The notes under the pieces were generated by a model. The model worked only from the letters and a program-made list of their open reading frames with translations. It did not search any database and had not been told where the DNA came from. A stretch of 64,000 bases of DNA from assembly GCA_040755855.1 (NCBI GenBank), contig JBFMAD010000004.1, positions 160,001-224,000 on the forward strand, written 5' to 3'. Position 1 is the first letter of the stretch; every line of letters starts with the position of its first letter. The stretch is from Planctomycetota bacterium. GTDB taxonomy: Bacteria; Planctomycetota; Brocadiia; JAADGH01. This document shows, in pieces, positions 43,862-53,194 of the stretch. The position numbers and the translations under genes were made by a program.

Positions 43862-44872
43862 CTAAAGTCCGAGATCCTTGCCGGATCCCTGGCCGCCCAC
43901 GTCCTTGCCGGCGATGGCGTCGCGCATGTCGGTGTCGGCGATGACGTTCTTCAGGCGGTAGTAGTCCATGATTCCCAGCTTGCCCGTCTTGAAGGACTCG
44001 GCGATGGCGATGGGGACCTCCGCCTCGGCCAAGACGACCTTGGCGCGGTTCTCGGCCTGCTGCGCGATCATCTCCTGCTCCTGGGCCTGGGCCATCGCCC
44101 GCCTCTCCTCGGCCTTGGCCTGGGCTACGCGCTTGTCCGCCTCGGCCTGGTCCATTTGCAGTTTCGCGCCGATGTTATCCCCCACGTCAATGTCGGCGAT
44201 GTCTATGGAGAGGATTTCGAACGCCGTTCCCGAGTCGAGCCCTTTGGCAAGAACGGCCCGGGAGATGCGGTCGGGGTTCTCAAGGACATCCTTGTGCGAC
44301 TGGGCAGAGCCGATGGTGGTGACGATGCCCTCGCCGACGCGGGCGATGATCGTCTCCTCCGTCGCGCCGCCGACCAGGCGGCCCAGATTGGCGCGCACCG
44401 TCACCCGGGCCTTGGCCTTCAACTGAATTCCATCCATGGCCACGGCGTCAATGGTGTTGCGGCCTTTGACTGGGTCGGGGCAGTCAATCACCTTCGGATG
44501 GACGCTCCACTGGACGGCCTCGAAGATGTCGCGCCCCGCCAAGTCAATGGCGCAGGCGCGGTCCCACGTCAGCTCGATGTCCGCCTTGCTCGCTGCAATC
44601 AGCGCGCGGACGACATTGAGGACGTTGCCTCGGGCCAGGTAGTGGGTCTCCAACTGGTCGGTGGAGATGGGGAGACCCGCCTTAACGGCCTGGATGCGCG
44701 CGTTGACGATTGTGGTGGCGTTGATCTTCCGCAGGCTCATCCCCAATAGATTGGTCAGGGACACATGCGCACCGGAGGCCATGGCCTGGATCCACAGCCA
44801 GCCGTACTTGAACACCAGGATAATAAATATGAGGAAGATTAGTACCAGAAAGCCGAGCGCTACGTATCCCAT
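43862..44872 (-). CDS. floA: Flotillin-like protein FloA (YqfA/UPF0365)
   Basis: [63 protein letters not shown]. Confidence 0.93.
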   Translation of the reverse strand: MGYVALGFLVLIFLIFIILVFKYGWLWIQAMASGAHVSLTNLLGMSLRKINATTIVNARIQAVKAGLPISTDQLETHYLARGNVLNVVRALIAASKADIELTWDRACAIDLAGRDIFEAVQWSVHPKVIDCPDPVKGRNTIDAVAMDGIQLKAKARVTVRANLGRLVGGATEETIIARVGEGIVTTIGSAQSHKDVLENPDRISRAVLAKGLDSGTAFEILSIDIADIDVGDNIGAKLQMDQAEADKRVAQAKAEERRAMAQAQEQEMIAQQAENRAKVVLAEAEVPIAIAESFKTGKLGIMDYYRLKNVIADTDMRDAIAGKDVGGQGSGKDLGL

Positions 44873-44899
44873 CCATTTCTCCTTTTTTGCAGGCGGCCT

Positions 44900-45913
44900 C
44901 TACTTTGAGTTGCTCACTTCGATCAACTTATCCAGCGTCTGCTGCGCCCTCCCCGAATCAATTGACTCGGCGCCGATACCTACGGCCGACCGTAAGTCGG
45001 CTGCCCGATCGGCTGCCCGCAGGGCGAACGCCGCATTGGCAAGAACAATGTCACGCTGCGGGCCTTTCTTCCCGGCAAGCATATTTCTTACTATTTTACA
45101 GCTTGTCTCGACAGAATCAACCACAAAATCCGAGAGTTTCGCCTGAGGCAGGCCCAGATTCTCCGGGCTGACCGAATAGGTCCGCACGCCCCCGTTCACC
45201 AACTCCGACACCCGCGTCGGCGCGCACGTTGACACCTCGTCCAATCCGTCATCGCCATGGACGACAAAACAATGCGCGCTCCCCAGGTTCTTCAGCACGT
45301 GGGCCAGCAGCTCCGTCAGCCTGCCGTCATACACCCCGATCACTTGCCGGTCCGCCCCCGCCGGGTTGGAGAGCGGGCCCAGGATGTTGAACGCGGTCCG
45401 AATCCCGATCTCCTTCCGCGGAGCGATGGCGTGTTTCATCGCCCCGTGCAGCATCGGGGCAAAGAGGAACCCGATCCCCGCCTCATGCAGGCAGCGCTCG
45501 ACGACAGGCACGTCCACGTCAATCTTGACTCCCAGACCTTCCAGCAGGTCCGCGCTGCCGGTCTTGCCGGTGAAGGATCGGTTGCCGTGCTTGGCAACCT
45601 TCACCCCCGCCCCTGCCACAACGAGCGCGGCAGCGGTGGAGATGTTGAACGTCCCCTTCACATCCCCGCCGGTGCCGCAGGTGTCCACCACGACCCCTTT
45701 GCCGGGGTCCACGCGCGTCGCCCGCTCGCGCATCACCCGGGCGCAGCCGGTAATCTCGTCCACCGTCTCGCCTTTCATCCGCAAGGCCACGAGAAAGGCC
45801 GCAATCTGCGCGGGTGTGGCCTGACCGTCCATGATCTCGGCCATCACGGCCGCTGTCTCCTCCGTCGTGAGGTCGAGGCGGTCGGCCAGTTTTGCGATGC
45901 ATTCCCGGATCAT
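44900..45913 (-). CDS. trpD: Anthranilate phosphoribosyltransferase
   Basis: Start ATG 45913 overlapping the galK stop; DTCGTGGD, FNIST, KHGNR, GSADLLE, NILGPLSNPA, GLDE. Confidence 0.95.
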   Translation of the reverse strand: MIRECIAKLADRLDLTTEETAAVMAEIMDGQATPAQIAAFLVALRMKGETVDEITGCARVMRERATRVDPGKGVVVDTCGTGGDVKGTFNISTAAALVVAGAGVKVAKHGNRSFTGKTGSADLLEGLGVKIDVDVPVVERCLHEAGIGFLFAPMLHGAMKHAIAPRKEIGIRTAFNILGPLSNPAGADRQVIGVYDGRLTELLAHVLKNLGSAHCFVVHGDDGLDEVSTCAPTRVSELVNGGVRTYSVSPENLGLPQAKLSDFVVDSVETSCKIVRNMLAGKKGPQRDIVLANAAFALRAADRAADLRSAVGIGAESIDSGRAQQTLDKLIEVSNSK

Positions 45914-47067
45914 CTCGTCTTCACCACTCCCGCCCCGCCGCAAGGCTCGGTCGAGAGCACCATCGGGTCCAGGCTTGTCTCGGCCTTGTATCGCTTGGCG
46001 ATTTCGCGGCAGAAGGCGTCGGCCTTGGCCGCAGCCACGAGGTTCACCGTGCACCCTCCAAAACCCGCCCCGGTCATCCGCGCCCCGTAGGTCCCCGGCA
46101 GGCTGCGGGCGATCTCGACCATGAGATCGAGCTCCTTGCAGCTTACCTCGTAATCGTCCCGCAGGCTGTCGTGCGAATCGTTCATTTCCTTCCCCGCGGC
46201 CTTCAGGTCGCCCGCCTTAAACGCCTTCACCGCACGGAGCGTGCGCTGGTCCTCCGAAATGACGTGTCGCGCCCGTTTGCGCACCTCCTCCGGTAGCTTA
46301 CCGCATTCTTTCGCAAACTGTTGGGGCGAGACATCGCGCAGCAGCGCCGCCCCCATGGCCCGCGCCGCCTCCTCGCACTGGCTTCGCCGGGTGTTGTATT
46401 CCGAACCCGACAGTTCGCGCTTGACCATCGTGTTGCAGACGACGAACTTGGCCTCCTCCGTGCCGAGCGGGACATCCTCATGCTTCAGGTCCTTGCAGTC
46501 GAGGAACACCGCGCAGCCCGGCTTGGCGAAGACTGAGACATACTGGTCCATGATCCCGCAGTTGACGCCCACGAACTTGTTCTCCGCCCGCTGGCAAAGT
46601 AGAGCCAGCTCAGTATTGCCGATGTCGAACCCCGACATGGCCTTAAAGGCGAGGGCCGACACCACCTCGCACGCCGCCGAGGAACTCAGGCCGCTGGCGA
46701 GGGGGACATTGCCCTGGACAACGCCGTCGAAGCCTCGCAGTTTGAAGCCCTTCTCCAGCAGACAGTACGCCACGCCCTGGGGGTAGTTCACCCACTGGCA
46801 GGTCTGGTTGAACCGGATGTCGTCGAGCGAGAAGCCGTTGGACTCGTCGAAGTCCATCGAATACAGATTGACCTGCTTCGTCATGTTCGGTCGGCAGGCG
46901 ATCATGATGTCTCGATCAATGGCGATAGGCATCACGAACCCGCCGTTGTAATCGGTATGCTCCCCAATGATGTTCACACGCCCCGGTGCGCGGACGACGG
47001 TCACGCCGGAGGCGTTGCCATAGTATTCGGCGAATGCCGCAATGATTTTCTTCACTCTCTCGGACAT
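45910..47067 (-). CDS. galK: Galactokinase
   Basis: APGRVNIIGEHTDYN, GLSSSAA, CGIMDQ, GARMTGAGFGGC. Confidence 0.95.
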   Translation of the reverse strand: MSERVKKIIAAFAEYYGNASGVTVVRAPGRVNIIGEHTDYNGGFVMPIAIDRDIMIACRPNMTKQVNLYSMDFDESNGFSLDDIRFNQTCQWVNYPQGVAYCLLEKGFKLRGFDGVVQGNVPLASGLSSSAACEVVSALAFKAMSGFDIGNTELALLCQRAENKFVGVNCGIMDQYVSVFAKPGCAVFLDCKDLKHEDVPLGTEEAKFVVCNTMVKRELSGSEYNTRRSQCEEAARAMGAALLRDVSPQQFAKECGKLPEEVRKRARHVISEDQRTLRAVKAFKAGDLKAAGKEMNDSHDSLRDDYEVSCKELDLMVEIARSLPGTYGARMTGAGFGGCTVNLVAAAKADAFCREIAKRYKAETSLDPMVLSTEPCGGAGVVKTR

Positions 47068-47078
47068 TCGAATCTCCG

Positions 47079-48335
47079 TTAGAAGCCGTAATGTTCGTTT
47101 ATCTCTCTCTGGTACTTTTCGACCTCGCCGGATTCGACCTCCTGCACGCGCACCATCCGTCCCGCGGCCGCCGATTCCAGGACCGTGTAGGCCACGGCCA
47201 AGTCGCGCAGCCCCTGGAGGCCGTGCATCTCAGGGTCTCGATTCTCCTCGATCGCCTGAAGAAAGTCCAGCTTTTCCAGAGCGAACGGGTATTCGACCCC
47301 GCGAGGGAAGTATTTTCGGACCAGCGTCTCCGGCGCCTCGGCCTTGAACCGGTCTTGGATGTTATGGCTCGTTCCGTCGTCCATGATCATCCGCCCCTCC
47401 CGCATGCACCCTTTGCTGCCATAGACGATCATCCCGCCGGGCACCTGGTAGCCGGGACCATGCCCCGCCGAGGTGTAGCTGAACTGCCCAATGGCGCCGT
47501 TGGCAAATCGCCCGACGGCCATGAAGGCGTCGTCCACAGTGCAGGCAATCTCGCCGACCGACTGCTCCCCATCGTCGTCGTAGAGCTTCCGCTTCGGCTC
47601 GAAGACGGCAGTAACGGCCGACAGGCTGTCAATCAGGCCCGCGACGTACTCCGCCCGGTTAAACATGTGAACTCCGAGATCTATACTGACACCTGCCCCT
47701 CCTTGAATCTTGTCGTGCCGCCAGGGGGTGTTCGCGAGCACCCGGTCGGGCGACCAGCGCCCCATGCCGACGCCGCCCATGAGGACCATCTGCAAGTCGC
47801 CGATCAGTCCCGCATCCACGGCCCACTTCTGTGCGCGCAGCGCCATGCCGTATCGAGCCGATTCCGCCACGCACAGCACCAGCCCCATGTCCTCCGCCGC
47901 CCCGGTCATGGTCCGGGCCATTCGGACGGTGAGTGCGATGGGCTTCTCGACCACCACATGCTTTCCGGCCTTGAGGGCGAGAAGGGCGATCTCGTGGTGG
48001 GCCGGCAGCGCCGCGCAGACATCCACGACGTGGATGTCGCCGCGATCGAGCATCTCCCGGTAGTCCGTATAGACGCTGACGGCCACATCATCGTTCACAT
48101 CGCTCACGTACATAGGCTCGCAGGCGAGTGGGTCGCCCTCGCCCCGACCGAGGGGCGTGAAGGGCGGCGGGCCCTCGCCGCGCTTGCGGAACCGCAGGGC
48201 GTTGTCGCGATCCCGGCTGCACAGGGCCGTGATGCGAAAGTTGTCAAAGCCCGCGTCGCGGAGGGTCTTGTATCCCTTGAGGTGCGCATTCAGGATGCGC
48301 CCGCATCCCACGATTCCGATGTTTATCCGCGCCAC
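47079..48335 (-). CDS. Gfo/Idh/MocA family oxidoreductase
   Basis: IGIVGCG; KHVVVEKP; DLGVH; GTG start with GGGAGG RBS. Confidence 0.88.
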   Translation of the reverse strand: MARINIGIVGCGRILNAHLKGYKTLRDAGFDNFRITALCSRDRDNALRFRKRGEGPPPFTPLGRGEGDPLACEPMYVSDVNDDVAVSVYTDYREMLDRGDIHVVDVCAALPAHHEIALLALKAGKHVVVEKPIALTVRMARTMTGAAEDMGLVLCVAESARYGMALRAQKWAVDAGLIGDLQMVLMGGVGMGRWSPDRVLANTPWRHDKIQGGAGVSIDLGVHMFNRAEYVAGLIDSLSAVTAVFEPKRKLYDDDGEQSVGEIACTVDDAFMAVGRFANGAIGQFSYTSAGHGPGYQVPGGMIVYGSKGCMREGRMIMDDGTSHNIQDRFKAEAPETLVRKYFPRGVEYPFALEKLDFLQAIEENRDPEMHGLQGLRDLAVAYTVLESAAAGRMVRVQEVESGEVEKYQREINEHYGF

Positions 48336-48355
48336 AATACGCCTCCCGCAGGCAG

Positions 48356-48431
48356 GTAGCGGAAGTCGCCAGACTTCCGATCAGTCATGCCGCTTAATCC
48401 CGGTGATCTGAACTCTGGCGAGTTCATCTAC
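48356..48431. repeat. Inverted GTAG-REP doublet (REPIN-like), family B
   Basis: GTAG-C-GGAAGTC-GCCA-GACTTCC-G (48356-48379) and, on - strand, GTAG-A-TGAACTC-GCCA-GAGTTCA (48409-48431). Confidence 0.72.
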
Positions 48432-48463
48432 GGGGACCTCCCCTTAGCTGGATACGCTGTGAC

Positions 48464-49783
48464 TCAATAGAGAATTTGGAGCGTTTTCTCTAAGGCGTCC
48501 AGGGTCCGATCCACGTCTTCCGCCGTGTGTTCCGACGAGACCCATCCCCTCGGACCGGGGAGATCAACCCCGTGGAGCAACATGCCGCACCGGAAGGCGT
48601 GGACCATATCCTTGTCCTTCTCTTTTTTCAGGTCATACTCCCACAGCCGTTTCGAGTCCGCCCCCGCTGCCCCCGCCGCCATGTGGAAAAAGGAGAAATC
48701 GCCGAACACAAGCCAGTCCAGGCCGAGTCGCTTGACGATATCCGCCATTCCGTTTCGGAGGGCCTCGGCAGCCTCATTTGCCTTTCGGATCGGCTCGCCG
48801 CCCTTGACCAATTCGAGCGTTGCTATCCCGGCAGCGGCGGACAGAGGGTTTGCGTTGTACGTTCCGGCATGGCTGATGCGCCGCCCGTCGCCGGAGCTAT
48901 TGCTGAGGAGGCCCATGATCTCCGCCCGGCCAACCACCGCCGCGCCGGGCAAGCCGCCGGCGAGGATCTTGCCGAGCGTGGCCAGATCGGGCGTCACGCC
49001 GAAGTGCTCCTGCGCCCCGCCGGGCGCGCAGCGGAAGCCCGTAATGACTTCATCGAAGATGAGGAGCGTTTCATGCTTGCTTGTCACGTCCCGAAGCTCG
49101 GCGAGAAAGCCCGGCTTCAGCGGCATCTGCCCATAGGACCCGCCGGTGGGTTCCAGGATCACGCACGCCACGTCCCCTGATCTCAAGGCTTGATCCACCT
49201 GTTCAATGTCGTTCGGCGGAATGATGATTAGATTATCAAGCTCACTCCTCGGTATCCCCGCCGGTTCCTGCTGTGTGAACGGCGGATCGGTGCAGACGGC
49301 CAGGCCGCTGTGCCAGCCGTGGAAGTGCCCCTCAAACTTGAGCGCCTTGTCCCGGCCCGTGAAGGCCCGGGCCAGACGCAGCGCCATGTGCGTCGCCTCG
49401 GTACCGGAGATTGTAAACCGAACGCGCTCGGCGCAGGGGATCATCTCGATCACCAGATCCGCCCATCGCACCTCTAACTCATGGCATGCGCCGGGGTGGG
49501 TGCTCCTCTCGAGTTGCTTCGCTACGGCCTCGATGACCTTCGGTCGCCGATGGCCGAGCAGGAGCGCCCCGTGGCCCATCCAATAATCAATCAACTCGTT
49601 CCCATCCACGTCCCACTTGCGCGATCCCTGCGCGCGATCAACGTAGATGGGGAACGGCTTCAAGTATCGGCTTACGTGCGTCACCCCGGCGGGAAACGCA
49701 CCGACGGCCCTTTGGTAAAGGCCCTCGGAAGTGGGGAACTTGGCGCGGTACTTCTCGATGAGTTTAGTGCGTTTGATTTCCAT
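48464..49783 (-). CDS. Class III PLP aminotransferase (glutamate-1-semialdehyde 2,1-aminomutase-like)
   Basis: WDVDGNELID, SGTEAT, FEGHFHG, LIFDEVITGFR, LGKILAGGLP, HAGTYNANP; start approximate. Confidence 0.85.
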   Translation of the reverse strand: MEIKRTKLIEKYRAKFPTSEGLYQRAVGAFPAGVTHVSRYLKPFPIYVDRAQGSRKWDVDGNELIDYWMGHGALLLGHRRPKVIEAVAKQLERSTHPGACHELEVRWADLVIEMIPCAERVRFTISGTEATHMALRLARAFTGRDKALKFEGHFHGWHSGLAVCTDPPFTQQEPAGIPRSELDNLIIIPPNDIEQVDQALRSGDVACVILEPTGGSYGQMPLKPGFLAELRDVTSKHETLLIFDEVITGFRCAPGGAQEHFGVTPDLATLGKILAGGLPGAAVVGRAEIMGLLSNSSGDGRRISHAGTYNANPLSAAAGIATLELVKGGEPIRKANEAAEALRNGMADIVKRLGLDWLVFGDFSFFHMAAGAAGADSKRLWEYDLKKEKDKDMVHAFRCGMLLHGVDLPGPRGWVSSEHTAEDVDRTLDALEKTLQILY

Positions 49784-49824
49784 CACGTCAGACGTCAAAG
49801 GCAATTCCCTTCATGAAACACGAG

Positions 49825-50994
49825 TCAGATATTGTCCAGGGGCTCCCGCTCCGGCGGACAGCCGGGGAGGTATCGCCCCTTGTCCTTGAACTTCTTCACA
49901 CAGCTTCCGATGACAATGAAATCGCTGCGGTCCTCGGGGACGGCATAGACATTCTGGCCATACACAATCGTGCGCCCTCGGATGCAGTCCAGCTCCCCCT
50001 TCTGCTCAAGGTCCATCAACCATTCCGTCACCCTCTGCCGGCAGCCGCTGCACGCCCCAGCCTCAACGACGGCCACATCATGCCGTCTCAGCGCCGCTTC
50101 GTCAAGTCTTATCCTTCGGAAGGGGCGGCGGACGTCCTCGATGGTCTCGCCCACGACACAGATTTCGGACAGCTCCCCGCACCCCAGTCCCTGCTCCGCA
50201 GCGAGGCCGATGTAGGGGACCTCCTCCGGCAGGACACCCGCGATGTGCGCCATCACCACATCGGCTGCGACGGTGTCGGTGGATGCTACGAGCAGACCTA
50301 AGCCCACCGGCGCGCCCCTGGTGGGGCCGGTCCCCTCGTGGGCGATGGTTCCGTCGAAGATCGTAAGTTCCGGCAGGACCACCTTTTGCAGATCAACGAT
50401 CCCCTGGGCAAGGCCCCATTTGTGGAAGCGGCGCTTATCGCGCGGGTGGATCACGCCCTTCATGTTTTTCAGGCCGAGGGTGAGAGGGAACACGTCGTGC
50501 GTCTTCGGCACGGGCAGGTTGATGACGACCGACGCCTCCAACACCGGCTTCGCAATGCGGAGTTTTCGGAACACAACGCCGTTGGGGATCGGCGTGAGGA
50601 CGAACTCGCCCTTGTGCAGGTCGAGCATCTCGACGCCGATGGGTCCGAGCACGTCGCGATACCCGGCCGCCTCGAAGGCCCCCGTCGCCGTGTGCCCCAC
50701 GGCCGCGCCGTCGGCGACGATGACCTTCGCCGCCCCCGCTTCTCTCGCCATCTCAGCAACTACCTTGACGACGTGCGGATTGGTGACGACGCCGGTCTGA
50801 TACGGCTTCTCCGAAATGAGGTTCGGCTTCAGGAGGACCGTGTCGCCGGGGCAGATGATGCTCTCGAGACCGTCAATGAGCATGAGACATTCGGCCATTG
50901 CCTCTCGGATGACGGCCTCGTCGTCGGGGATGGGGCAGCGGATAATGGATACGACAGGATTACGCATTGACGAAACATCCCAGGCGGGCATCAC
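49825..50994 (-). CDS. DUF362 domain protein (probable Fe-S) with Cys-containing C-terminal extension
   Basis: VLLKPN, KTH, TLGLKNMKG, HEGTGP, D.VAAD; C-terminal ACSGC, GSC, GCPP; start uncertain (50994/50991/50967). Confidence 0.8.
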   Translation of the reverse strand: MMPAWDVSSMRNPVVSIIRCPIPDDEAVIREAMAECLMLIDGLESIICPGDTVLLKPNLISEKPYQTGVVTNPHVVKVVAEMAREAGAAKVIVADGAAVGHTATGAFEAAGYRDVLGPIGVEMLDLHKGEFVLTPIPNGVVFRKLRIAKPVLEASVVINLPVPKTHDVFPLTLGLKNMKGVIHPRDKRRFHKWGLAQGIVDLQKVVLPELTIFDGTIAHEGTGPTRGAPVGLGLLVASTDTVAADVVMAHIAGVLPEEVPYIGLAAEQGLGCGELSEICVVGETIEDVRRPFRRIRLDEAALRRHDVAVVEAGACSGCRQRVTEWLMDLEQKGELDCIRGRTIVYGQNVYAVPEDRSDFIVIGSCVKKFKDKGRYLPGCPPEREPLDNI

Positions 50995-51006
50995 CTTTTT
51001 GGGGGA

Positions 51007-51035
51007 AGTATAGCACGAACCAACCGATATGTCAA
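51007..51035 (-). promoter_or_regulatory. sigma70 promoter for the DUF362...floA run
   Basis: Minus strand TTGACA (51030-51035) N17 TATACT (51007-51012) with extended TG. Confidence 0.7.
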
Positions 51036-51081
51036 TCGCGCTGCGCCCGAGTGCCGTCCCGGCAAGGCGGAGTGAAGTCGC

Positions 51082-51111
51082 TTGACATGTTGTTTGGGCG
51101 GTCGTTATAAT
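51082..51111 (+). promoter_or_regulatory. sigma70 promoter for acs
   Basis: TTGACA (51082-51087) N18 TATAAT (51106-51111). Confidence 0.7.
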
Positions 51112-51226
51112 TCACTTCCGACAGATGGGGCAGATGCCGCTTTGATGGGGCTGACGCCGCTTTTCGGTACGGTTCGACACTGTGGGGCCGGAACAGTCTC
51201 GAGCAGGAATCGGAAAGGAGAGCGAC

Positions 51227-53191
51227 ATGGCGGGCAAAGAAGAACTGGGCCGCAGCGAGATTGAGGACTTGCTGGCGGAGAAGCGTCGCTTCAATCCGTC
51301 GGACGACTTCAAGAGGACGGCCCAGATGACGGACCCCGCCGTCCGCGAGGCGTCGTGGGCCGAGCCGGAGAAGTTCTGGGAAAGGGCGGCGGAGGAGCTG
51401 GATTGGTTCCGGCGGTGGGATCGCGTGCTGGAGTGGAACCCGCCCCATGCGAAGTGGTTCGTCGGGGGCAAAATCAACGCGAGCTACAACTGCTGCGATC
51501 GCCACATCAAGGCCGGCCTGCGCAACAAGGCCGCTCTCATCTGGGAGGGGGAGCCGGGCGACACCCGCGTCCTGACCTACTGGGACCTCTACCGGGAGGT
51601 CAACATCTTTGCCAACGCCCTAAAGTCGCTCGGGGTCGGGAAGGGCGACCGGGTGGCCATCTACCTGCCGATGATCCCGGAGGCGGTGATCGCCATGTTG
51701 GCCTGCGCCCGCATCGGGGCGATCCACTCGGTGGTCTTCGGCGGGTTCAGCGCCGAGGCGCTGCGGGATCGCATCAACGACGCCGGGGCGAAGGTGCTCA
51801 TCACCGCCGACGGCGGCTACCGCCGCGGCCAGATTATCCCGCTAAAGCACGATTCGGACTATGCGGTCAAGGATACCCCCTCCATTGAGCATGTCGTTAT
51901 CATCAAGCGCGGCAACTTTCCCCTGCGCGTGAAGGAGGGACGGGACCACTGGTACCACCGCCTGGTCCAGGACGCCAAGCTCTATTGCGAGCCTGAGCCC
52001 TGCGACAGCGAGGACGCGCTCTATATCCTTTACACCTCGGGGACCACGGGCAAGCCGAAGGGCATCGTCCACACCACGGGCGGGTATCTGGTGGGAACGC
52101 ACACAACGACGAAGCAGGTCTTCGACCTCCGCCCGGATGATGTCTTCTGGTGCACGGCGGACATCGGATGGGTGACGGGGCATTCCTACATCGTCTATGG
52201 GCCGCTGGCCGCCGGGGCGACGTGCGTCATGTACGAGGGCGCGCCGGACTGGCCGGATCGGGACCGGTTCTGGGCGATGATCGAGAAGTACGGCGTCAGC
52301 GTCTTCTACACGGCGCCAACGGCCATCCGCGCCTTCATGAAGTGGGGGACTGAATGGCCCGCGAAGCGTAACCTGGACACGCTCCGTCTTCTGGGCACGG
52401 TCGGCGAGCCCATCAACCCCGAGGCGTGGACGTGGTATCACAAGCACATCGGCAGGGAACGGTGTCCGATCGTCGATACGTGGTGGCAGACCGAGACGGG
52501 CATGATCCTGATCACCACGCTTCCCGGGATTGACTACATGAAGCCAGGCAGCGCGGGCCTGCCTGTGCCGGGCACGCGAGCGGCCATCTACAACGCGGCG
52601 AAGGAAGAGATCCAGACCGGCGGCGGCCTCCTGGCCATCACTTATCCCTGGCCGGCGATGCTGCGCGGCATCTGGGGAGACCCCGAGCGCTATGTGGAGC
52701 AATACTGGTCCAAATGGGATAAGGCGACCTATTTCACAGCCGACGGGGCCAAGCGCGCGGAGGACGGGTATTTCACCCTCCTGGGGCGGGTGGACGACGT
52801 GCTGAACGTGTCGGGCCACCGCATCGGCACGATGGAGGTGGAGAGCGCGCTGGTGGATCATCCCAGCGTGGCGGAGGCGGCGGTCATCGGCATTGCGCAC
52901 GACATCAAGGGCCAGGCCATCGTGGCGTTCGTGACGCTCAAGGAGGGGACCATGCTTTCCCACGGCATGGAAGGGGAACTCAGAGAATATGTGGCGCGCA
53001 AGATCGGCTCCATCGCAAGGCCGGAGAAAGTTATCTTCAGCGCGGACCTTCCGAAGACGCGCAGCGGCAAGATAATGCGCCGGCTCCTGCGCGATATAGG
53101 CGAGGGGAAGATACTCGGCGACACAACGACCCTGGCCGATGCAACCATCGTCGAGAAACTCAAACGTCAGTACGAAGAACAAGAGGAGTGA
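51227..53191 (+). CDS. acs: Acetate--CoA ligase (acetyl-CoA synthetase)
   Basis: [61 protein letters not shown]. Confidence 0.95.
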   Translation: MAGKEELGRSEIEDLLAEKRRFNPSDDFKRTAQMTDPAVREASWAEPEKFWERAAEELDWFRRWDRVLEWNPPHAKWFVGGKINASYNCCDRHIKAGLRNKAALIWEGEPGDTRVLTYWDLYREVNIFANALKSLGVGKGDRVAIYLPMIPEAVIAMLACARIGAIHSVVFGGFSAEALRDRINDAGAKVLITADGGYRRGQIIPLKHDSDYAVKDTPSIEHVVIIKRGNFPLRVKEGRDHWYHRLVQDAKLYCEPEPCDSEDALYILYTSGTTGKPKGIVHTTGGYLVGTHTTTKQVFDLRPDDVFWCTADIGWVTGHSYIVYGPLAAGATCVMYEGAPDWPDRDRFWAMIEKYGVSVFYTAPTAIRAFMKWGTEWPAKRNLDTLRLLGTVGEPINPEAWTWYHKHIGRERCPIVDTWWQTETGMILITTLPGIDYMKPGSAGLPVPGTRAAIYNAAKEEIQTGGGLLAITYPWPAMLRGIWGDPERYVEQYWSKWDKATYFTADGAKRAEDGYFTLLGRVDDVLNVSGHRIGTMEVESALVDHPSVAEAAVIGIAHDIKGQAIVAFVTLKEGTMLSHGMEGELREYVARKIGSIARPEKVIFSADLPKTRSGKIMRRLLRDIGEGKILGDTTTLADATIVEKLKRQYEEQEE

Positions 53192-53194
53192 CGC

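Noticed and set aside
2485..48431. Palindromic repeats considered as CRISPR repeats
   Set aside because: No regularly spaced array, no spacers and no cas genes in the window
48464..49783. Calling the aminotransferase hemL
   Set aside because: Family motifs are present but the sequence is divergent (e.g. PAGVTHVSR, HAGTY) and there is no heme-pathway context; left without a symbol
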